Assembly: GCA_033442325.1 (NCBI GenBank)
Contig: JAWQFM010000011.1
Coordinates: 269,131 to 333,130, forward strand
From: Salpingoeca rosetta
Lineage: Eukaryota; Protista; Choanoflagellata
DNA length: 64,000 nt
Direction of reading: 5' to 3'
Of the stretch, positions 53,142 through 64,000 are shown piece by piece (within the stretch, counting starts at the first letter, position 1; every line of letters starts with the position of its first letter). A program made the translations under genes and the position numbers. Below the pieces are notes generated by a model, which searched no databases, was not told the DNA's origin, and saw only the letters and a program-made list of their open reading frames with translations.

Positions 53142-54572
53142 ATGGACGACAGACAGCGTCATCGGTCGCACGACCGTGAGTACCGTGGCCTGCTCCCGCC
53201 ACCGCACTCCGCCTCCTCAAAGCGCTCCTACGAAGACCGTGCCGCATCCGATCGTCGGTATGACAACAACCGAGGCTATCGACCGCGCCACCACGAACGC
53301 GTCAGCAGCACGCCGCCCTCTTGTGCACGTCACGCACCACACGCAACACCCACCTTGTCGTCGTCTTCCCGCTCGGCTGCGCCTCTGCCACGGAGTGCCA
53401 TTCGAAACCACGGCAAGCTCGGGTACTTCTTCCGCGGCCTTGACCCATCCATCCGCAGAAACTTGGTGCTGGACAACGAGGCGCTCTATTCGGTGTCGGA
53501 GTCTGGCAGCGCCGATGCCATGACCTGGGTGCTGCGGTGTTTTGTTGGCGAGGATGAGCCCGTTCTGGATGGCACGGCGTGTGTCGGTGGCAACACTTAC
53601 AGCTTGCAGAAGGTGTTTCCACACACGTATGCAACGGAGATTGACGCAGATCGCTTCGTCATGTTGCAGCACAACCTGCACGTCCTCGGCTGCGCTGACC
53701 GTGTACGTGCAAGGCAGGGTGACATTGTCAAGTTCGTACAAGACGTTCCCGCGGACAGTGGACGCACAGCACCTACCCACCGCCACCACCAGCAACAACG
53801 ACAACACCAGCGAGAACAACAACAGCAACATACGCATCCCACCGCAGCCATGACACCCAGTACCACTGGTGGGGATCTCCGATCGCTCATTGAGCGTCGT
53901 CGTGCGCACACCAACGATCACGAAGAAGGCAGTGAAGATGATACGCTCCCACGTAAGCGTGCGCACAGAGAAACGGAGACAGCCACGGCAGAAGAAACGG
54001 CACAAGCAACGGCAGACACCACAGCTGAGACGCGCACACTGGCCAGGGACAAGCATGGATGGCCCACCTACTTTGGCGCAATCATGGTGGATCCACCATG
54101 GGGTGGTGTTGACTACAGAGACAAGCGGTGCATGGATTTGTCACTGTCAGAGGTGTATCTGGAGCGCTGGGTTCGCATGGCAGCGTCCCGTGCACGCGTG
54201 GTCATGTGCAAGGTGCCCAGCAACTACAACAGCAATGCCTTCAACGAGGAGATGGTGAACATGGCGCTGCGAGCCGATCCGGGCCCTCGCCCGCGTGCCA
54301 TCGTGCACATCGAACTGGCAAAGTTTGACGTGATTGTCGTCTTATTTGACCACACGTCTGACATCACGCCTGGCATGCCGGCCTCTTGGTCGCAGCCAGT
54401 GGCGGTACCTCACATTGATGACCTCAAACGCCGCCTCGGTGCTCTGTACCCTTCTTGGACAGGCACCATTGCTGGCATAGTCGTGAAGGAGCTGGGCTGG
54501 GTGCGTGGCTGGGTGTCAACCCAAGACACCGTTAGTAACGATGGCGTGCGCCGTCTTCGCAGTCGCAAGTGA
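53142..54572 (+). CDS. Intronless RNA cap guanine-N2 methyltransferase (Tgs family, DPPW type)
   Basis: [10 protein letters not shown], motif [35 protein letters not shown], motif [14 protein letters not shown] and CKVPSNY. Confidence 0.85.
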   Translation: MDDRQRHRSHDREYRGLLPPPHSASSKRSYEDRAASDRRYDNNRGYRPRHHERVSSTPPSCARHAPHATPTLSSSSRSAAPLPRSAIRNHGKLGYFFRGLDPSIRRNLVLDNEALYSVSESGSADAMTWVLRCFVGEDEPVLDGTACVGGNTYSLQKVFPHTYATEIDADRFVMLQHNLHVLGCADRVRARQGDIVKFVQDVPADSGRTAPTHRHHQQQRQHQREQQQQHTHPTAAMTPSTTGGDLRSLIERRRAHTNDHEEGSEDDTLPRKRAHRETETATAEETAQATADTTAETRTLARDKHGWPTYFGAIMVDPPWGGVDYRDKRCMDLSLSEVYLERWVRMAASRARVVMCKVPSNYNSNAFNEEMVNMALRADPGPRPRAIVHIELAKFDVIVVLFDHTSDITPGMPASWSQPVAVPHIDDLKRRLGALYPSWTGTIAGIVVKELGWVRGWVSTQDTVSNDGVRRLRSRK

Positions 54573-54605
54573 TCGGCGTTGCGTGTGTGTGTGTGTGTGT
54601 GTGTG

Positions 54606-54640
<35 letters not shown>

Positions 54641-55144
54641 GTCTGTGTCTGCAGTTGTATGTGTGTGTGTGTGCCTGTCTGTGTCTGTGTGTCTGTGTGT
54701 GTCTGTGTGTGTGTGTGTGTTCGCCTGTGTGTTCGCCTGTGTCTGTGTGTCTGTCTGTGTGTCTGTGTCTGTGTCTGCGGTTGTATGTGTGTGTGTGTGT
54801 GCCTGTCTGTGTCTGCAGTTGAATGTGTGTCCCCTCGTGTCCATGCGAGCCCATCTGTCTGTGTGTGTGTGTGTGTGCATGTCCTTGTCTTCCCGTGAAC
54901 GTGTGTTCTGCTGTGCGTTCTTCTGCCACCGTTCGCATCCTCTCTTTGACTTCTTGTGAGGGTTTGCTCTGATCGCTGTATTGCCGTGTGTGGCGGTGAC
55001 AACACCAAACGTAACAGTTGCACGTGAATACGGCACTTCAACGCACACCCGCAAGCGCACGCACGCGCGCAGGTGCATGCGCAACACAAAGCCAACACAA
55101 AGGTAACAAATCACAAGAGGTGTGGGCATACGGGCGGAGCGCAA

Positions 55145-56149
55145 TCAGAGAGAGGCACCGGCCAGGTCGGAGGCAAGGCTGTCGACGTCGGTGTCACCAT
55201 TACCGTTGTTCTGCTTGCTGCTCTGCTGTGCCTTGTCGGCGTCCTTGTCTTCCTCTTTGGCGACACCTGGGCCATTGTTCACCATCACGCCCGTGTAAAA
55301 GTTGACTTGCTGACGCTCCTCTTGGTTGACGGACATGAAGTGGCGCTGCTCACCAATGACGGGCTCACTGAGAGCAGCGAGGGTGGGCTGCTCCGACGTG
55401 CTGTCCAGGGCCTGGTGCAGAACGTCTGCTGCCAGGCCGCCTTCGGCCTGGGCGCGCTTCACGGCAGCACGCTTTGGGTCATCATCCTCTCGCCTGTTTC
55501 CGAAGCCGACACAGCCAACAACGTCGCACGTGAAATACCCGTACGCCGGCGCTGGCGCCTCGACAATCGACACGAGCACGTTGTCCGCGCTCTCCTCGGC
55601 CCATGCCAGGATGTGCCCAGCAGCGGCCGGCAGATAGTCTGCGCGGAAAAAGAAGTTGACCGCAGCACCGACCAGGAAGAGGGCATCGCCGAATCGTGGA
55701 CGCTTGCCATGCTGCTGACCCCGCCGTGCGGCCATGTAGCGCTCGGCAACGACCTCGTCAGGGACAAGGCGCGCCACCTTCACGCAGAAGGCGTCCAGCT
55801 TGCGCTCCGTGGTTTCGGCGTCTTCGTGGCTTGCCGGGAGCGTGCGCAGCGTTTCGTTTGGCACTACAATCAGCCGGTCGCCCTTGCGTGTCAGATTGGT
55901 GGCAGTTTGCACATCACACAGCAGCACGAACGCTGCCGAGCGACGCAGTCGCGGCTGCCGGCCGCCTTGCTGATTGTAACGCCGCTGCTGTTGCTGCTGG
56001 CCACGCCCTCCCCTGCGATCACCGCCACTGCGGTCCCCGCGACGGCCGCCACCGCCACCACTACCGCCACCGCTTCTCCAGCCGCCGCCGTTGTCGCGCG
56101 GGCGGCCGCCGAAGGCTGGATGCTGCCAACGTCCCTCACGATCGCCCAT
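55145..56149 (-). CDS. Intronless hypothetical protein with RGG-rich N-terminus and degenerate Nudix-like box
   Basis: 334-aa ORF with GC3-rich codons; GGWRSGGG..RRGDRSGGDRRGGRG; FGNRREDDDPKRAAVKRAQAEGGL. Confidence 0.7.
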   Translation of the reverse strand: MGDREGRWQHPAFGGRPRDNGGGWRSGGGSGGGGGRRGDRSGGDRRGGRGQQQQQRRYNQQGGRQPRLRRSAAFVLLCDVQTATNLTRKGDRLIVVPNETLRTLPASHEDAETTERKLDAFCVKVARLVPDEVVAERYMAARRGQQHGKRPRFGDALFLVGAAVNFFFRADYLPAAAGHILAWAEESADNVLVSIVEAPAPAYGYFTCDVVGCVGFGNRREDDDPKRAAVKRAQAEGGLAADVLHQALDSTSEQPTLAALSEPVIGEQRHFMSVNQEERQQVNFYTGVMVNNGPGVAKEEDKDADKAQQSSKQNNGNGDTDVDSLASDLAGASL

Positions 56150-57668
56150 GGTCTGTGATTCTCGTGGCTGTCTGGCTGGCTGGCTGGCTGTCTGCCTGTC
56201 TTGTTGTTATCAGCTATGGCTCTGTGGCTGAGTCAATCCAAAACCCAAATGATGGACACACACAACCACAGCGAAACAAAACAACCCAGCAGAAGACGAT
56301 GTGCGGACAGTTGTCAACTTGTGATGTCGCATTCCATGATTCGCTCCGACACGACAGACAAAAAAGCAGCGGAACGCTTGCGAGTGTTTCGCGACTTCAG
56401 CACGCGTTTTGTTTTCGAAATGCGCCACTTCCTCACTTTCAGTTTTCAAAAAAGTTCGAAGGTTGATGTGCTTGAGCGTTGTGGGGTTGGGTCGTTCTGT
56501 CGTTTGGTTCTTTCCTTCTTGCGTTGTGGCGTTCCAGAGTGGTCGTGAGTTCCACTTCCCTGACTTCCCTGACTTCCCTGACTGCCCTTGTCGGCGCTTG
56601 TTGGTTTCTGTGGTGGACACACTTCCGGGAATGTTTTGAACCAACCACACGCACACCCTGCATCGCGAAAACAATTTGCTTGGGACAGCTGCTTGGGGAC
56701 GAACGCTGTCGTTGTTGTTCTTCTCGTTGTCTGTTGACGCAAGGCAAGTGGCACGGTGCAAGCGCGTTCGCTCGCCTGTCCTTGGTTTCTGCTGCGCTGC
56801 ATTAGCATTGTTGCGTCCCCGACTTGCGATTTGCGCGTGCGCTGAGTGACATGTGTGACCATGACGCACACATTTCACATTTCTGTTTGGTTTCGGTTCT
56901 TCGTCCGTGAAGTCGCTCGTGAGGTCTTGCATCAACAAAACAGCAACGGCAGTGCCTTGCCTTCCTTCTGCTTGCGGTGTCTCCGTTTGCGGTGCTGCTT
57001 GCCTCCCTCCTCCCTTCTTCGAGTTGCCTGCCCACCCCGCTCAGTATGCAATGTATGCCCTGCCCCTCCTCCCCATTACTTCATTTTCCGTGTTGCAAGT
57101 CTTGCGCCAACTCCACCTCCTGTTCCTGGAACTGAGTTTCGGCATGTGCTCGTCCGTTGCTGTTGGCGGTTGTAAACGCAGGGCAGGGCAGACACTGCGC
57201 GCATATGGATGCAATCACAGCACACCAGCATGCTGTCGCCGTCTGTTCTTCGTTTGAAGCCCGAGGACCTCAACCACCGCACTGCGTGAGCATGCTTGTG
57301 AACGCTGACATGAAACAGGTATTGTTCCCATGTTCATTTACTCAGCTGCTGTCGCGCCATTCCGCACAAAGGACCAACTCCGCCCTTTCCCCCTCCCCAA
57401 CACACACGCATACCCACACACCACACCAAGACCCCGCAGCCACAGCACAGAAGCCAATTGTTCACCTTACCGATACCCTTTGTGTCTCCTTCGTGTCCCC
57501 ATTGTGCTTGCGGAACAGAGGCCCCCTTCATCTCCGCACCTCTTTCCGCGCCATCTCGTCAGCCACTCACCTGAAAGCAGAAGACAGGCCCACAAGCGGC
57601 AACCGCAGCGCACAAGCGACATCTCTCTCGCTCGGAGCACATGCTGCCATCGCCATCGCAGACCCACA

Positions 57669-58444
57669 TGATCGCGCGAACAATGGCCATCACGTCCACT
57701 ACAGCAGCAGTCGGGCAGGCATCCGTGTCGCTGAGAACAAAGGACGACAACGTGGCAAGCGAAGACTGGCAGGGTCAGGCGCACTTGAGGCGGAGACCAA
57801 GCAACCCAACACCATGCACTGCAGCGTCACTTTCGTGGCACCCACTGTCTTCTCCACCCTCCATCACATCACCAGCGCCTGCGGACTTGCCCACACCATC
57901 ACCAGCGTTGCGTTATCCAGTGGTCCCATGCCCGCGTCAACAGCCACCAACAGCTTTGCGTCCCGCCAACATCATGTCCACAACTACTCGACCAACGCTT
58001 GCGCGTCGCCGCGGCGTGCCGTCGCTCTCCGTGAGCCTGCCGTGTGCTCTCATTACCAACGACGAGGACCTGCGCGAGGAAGTCTTCACGCCGGCCTCAC
58101 TCGACGCCCTGTTTGACAGCGGCAGCGTCTCCAACTCCTGCTCCCCGCACATGGAGCGGGGCTACGCACGCCCGCCGGGGCCAGCGCGCTGCAGCAGCGA
58201 GCGTGACAGCGGCAACGCATCCCTCGCATCGTCGACCGACGAACATGATGACGAAGGTCCCGTCACTATGGTGAATAGCACACGCTTGTACACATGCAAC
58301 ACCCGCGACCTCTGCCAGACAACTGCTAACTCCTCTCGCACCAGCGACGCACTCGGCACAGCCACTGCTGCACACTTCCCACGGCAACAACAACAACAAC
58401 AACAACAACAACGGCAACAACAACAACAACGGCAACAACAACAA

Positions 58445-58533
<89 letters not shown>

Positions 58534-58744
58534 GCAGCAGCAGCAGCAGCAGCAATGGCAGCCATATTCTGATGATCCGCATCAACAGCAAGAACAACAC
58601 AGGGCGAGACCGGTGCTCCTGAAGTGTTGTCAACACGACCCAATTACACCAGCCGCAACCATCGCTGCACAACATTTCCCGACACCTTTCCACGCAACCA
58701 CAACCACAACCACACACCCTTTCCAAGCACAGTCGAAATGCTAG
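57669..58744 (+). CDS. Hypothetical low-complexity S/P/Q-rich protein (true start and upstream exons uncertain)
   Basis: Long ORF with in-frame polyQ from (CAA)n at about 58385-58555; no recognisable domain. Confidence 0.45.
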
Positions 58745-59094
58745 TTTCGTGCATGCCCGTGTGTTTGTTTGCCTGCATGCATGTACAGTCATACCGATAG
58801 ATGATGCCCTTGTTATTTCTCGCTCGTAAGCGAACACATGCTCTACTACTATGCGACTTCTTACTTTCTCTACGCCAACGCCACATAACTGTACCGTCAC
58901 CGATGCATTTGATTGCCACCATCGCTTATTGCGACCATTGAAGGCCAAGCAAGACTTGCTTCATCATTACACGATCCAAACCCACACATGTTCGACACTG
59001 TAAGAAGCAGCACATGTACAAGAGGGAGGGACTTGCACATGTGACGAGACATTAACCACCCGCGCATCACACACACACACACATGCTTGAGCGT

Positions 59095-62327
<3,233 letters not shown>

Positions 62328-63054
62328 GACGCTCTACGTGTGTCTCTGTGTGTCGTGTATGTGCGTGATGGTGCGTATGCGTCCGAATGTGTGTGCGTGT
62401 GTGTGTGACGTGTATGTTTGTCTGTGAATGAAATTGAATGCATGTCGCGTTGCTCCGTGCGCGCGTGTGTGTGCGTGTGATGGAAGCGTGCAACAACTTC
62501 GTGAACGTTGTTGTTGTCCGCTGTCATCATCATCAGCATGGTTGGTTGCAAGTTTGGGTGTTGGTTTTGCCAATTGCAGCATTGCACATTGGGGGTGACG
62601 GCTATTATGTGATGATGTTCGCCATTTTTCCACCAGCACAACCACCCAAGGGAGAAAGTGTGTGATGCCAACAAGGCAGACGAAGATGGTGGTTGTTTGT
62701 GTTGCTGCTGGGAGGTTGGTGGTGTTGTCGGTGGAGTGAGTGATCGAGTCGCCCTTCCCATCGCAGTCTCAAAGAGGATGATGTATCTGCGCGCGTACGT
62801 GTGCGTGTGTGTGACAGTTGTGCACTTGCTTCCAACGGTGACGTGATTTGAGTGTCTTCCTCTGATTCACAGACGCGTACTTGTTGTTTTGTGTGTTTGT
62901 GTGTGTGTTACTGTCCTGCTTGGTTGTTGCTTTTGTTTTGGTTTGATTGGCTGTGCTCCATTCTTTGTCGTCTCTGCTCCATCCGCTGGTTAACCAGAGC
63001 ACGCACGAAGCCCGATTTGTCACCTACACACACTTCGACTCAACAACACCAGTC

Positions 63055-63553
63055 ATGGTATGTGTGTGTGCGCTTTATTGTGTGTGTTTCCCCATGTGCA
63101 TGTGTTCGTGCATGCGCTTTGTGCTCGTGACTGTGGCAAACCTGGCATCACCATCACCATCACCACACCAAAGGAGAAGGCGAGGTTGTTCTCCTTGGCT
63201 CTTCTCACCCGTTGCCCCCTGCTTATGCTCAATCCCCCTCCTGCTTTTATTCTTTGTTTTGTTTCGTTCTGAATCGCAGGATGAGGAATATGATGTGATT
63301 GTGCTCGGCACCGGCCTGAAGGAGTGCATCCTGTCCGGCCTCATGTCTGTCGCCGGCAAGAAAGTGTTGCACATGGACCGCAACGACTACTACGGTGCAG
63401 AGAGCGCCTCCATGTCCCCTCTGAGCAAGCTCTACGAGCACTTTGGCAAGAAGCTCGAGGATGAGAACGCCTACGGCCGTGGCCGCGACTGGAACGTCGA
63501 TCTCGTCCCAAAGTTCATCATGGGCAACGGTGCGTCCTTTTGTGTTCACGCAT

Positions 63554-63585
<32 letters not shown>

Positions 63586-63917
63586 TGGGGGGTACTTCTC
63601 TTTGTGCGCGTGTGCGCGTACATGTGTGTGCACGTGTGTGCATGTGTGCGTGGTAAATTGCGATTGTTTTGGTGATGTTGTGCGTTGGTGTGATATCTCT
63701 GTGGGCTTGTGTTGCGGTCCGCTTCCGCCATATCTTCGACGCTGTTCTCCACTTCATCCTCATCAATGCTTCACGTTGCCAATGTCCGTACACGGTGCAC
63801 TGCCTCCTTGCAGGCATGCTCGTGAAGATGCTTGTCATGACAAAGGTGACGCGCTACCTGGAGTTCAAGAACATCGAGGGCAGCTACGTCTGGAAGAAAG
63901 GCGGCAAAGTCTACAAG
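63055..63917 (+). CDS. GDI: Rab GDP-dissociation inhibitor (5' part; continues beyond the window)
   Basis: ATG|gtatgt first exon, then [58 protein letters not shown] | [34 protein letters not shown]. Confidence 0.97.
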
Positions 63918-64000
63918 GTACGACGCAATAAATCGTGTACTTGTCTGCACCACACAGCCCACATGCGCTTTCTACTCACCCTTGCCTGCACCCCGCCATT

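Noticed and set aside
58745-59060. 3'UTR-like region with gtacagt/actgtac and aagcaa/ttgctt stems
   Set aside because: Few helices and composition close to ordinary UTRs; not distinguishable from chance by eye.

Overview
Intron-rich, GC-rich eukaryotic DNA packed with (GT)n/(CA)n, (TCAC)n, (TATG)n and (CAA)n microsatellites, with three N-gaps. The style and gene set suggest a choanoflagellate such as Salpingoeca (inference). Most ORFs in the supplied track are microsatellite artefacts, so I rebuilt the real genes exon by exon from GT-AG boundaries. About 14 protein genes, left to right: ankyrin-repeat protein with one repeat per exon (-), NARFL/Nar1 (-), C22orf39/DUF3128-like (+), EDC4/Ge-1-like (-), SMYD SET-MYND methyltransferase (-), a large PH-like/PH/PDZ/coiled-coil/FH1/FH2/NPF/PH formin (+), septin (-), MAPEG protein (+), membrane sulfotransferase (-), intronless MFS transporter (+), intronless DPPW-type Tgs cap methyltransferase (+), intronless RGG protein with a degenerate Nudix box (-), class II CPD photolyase (-) and Rab-GDI (+, truncated by the window). 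The main unexplained signal is a set of compositionally alien, apparently non-coding segments that can fold into nested helices. The two clearest are 31693-32083 and 48136-48508 (about 370-390 nt); smaller ones lie near 5.8, 21.6, 45.3 and 47.2 kb. The helices were found by eye and their statistical significance is untested.
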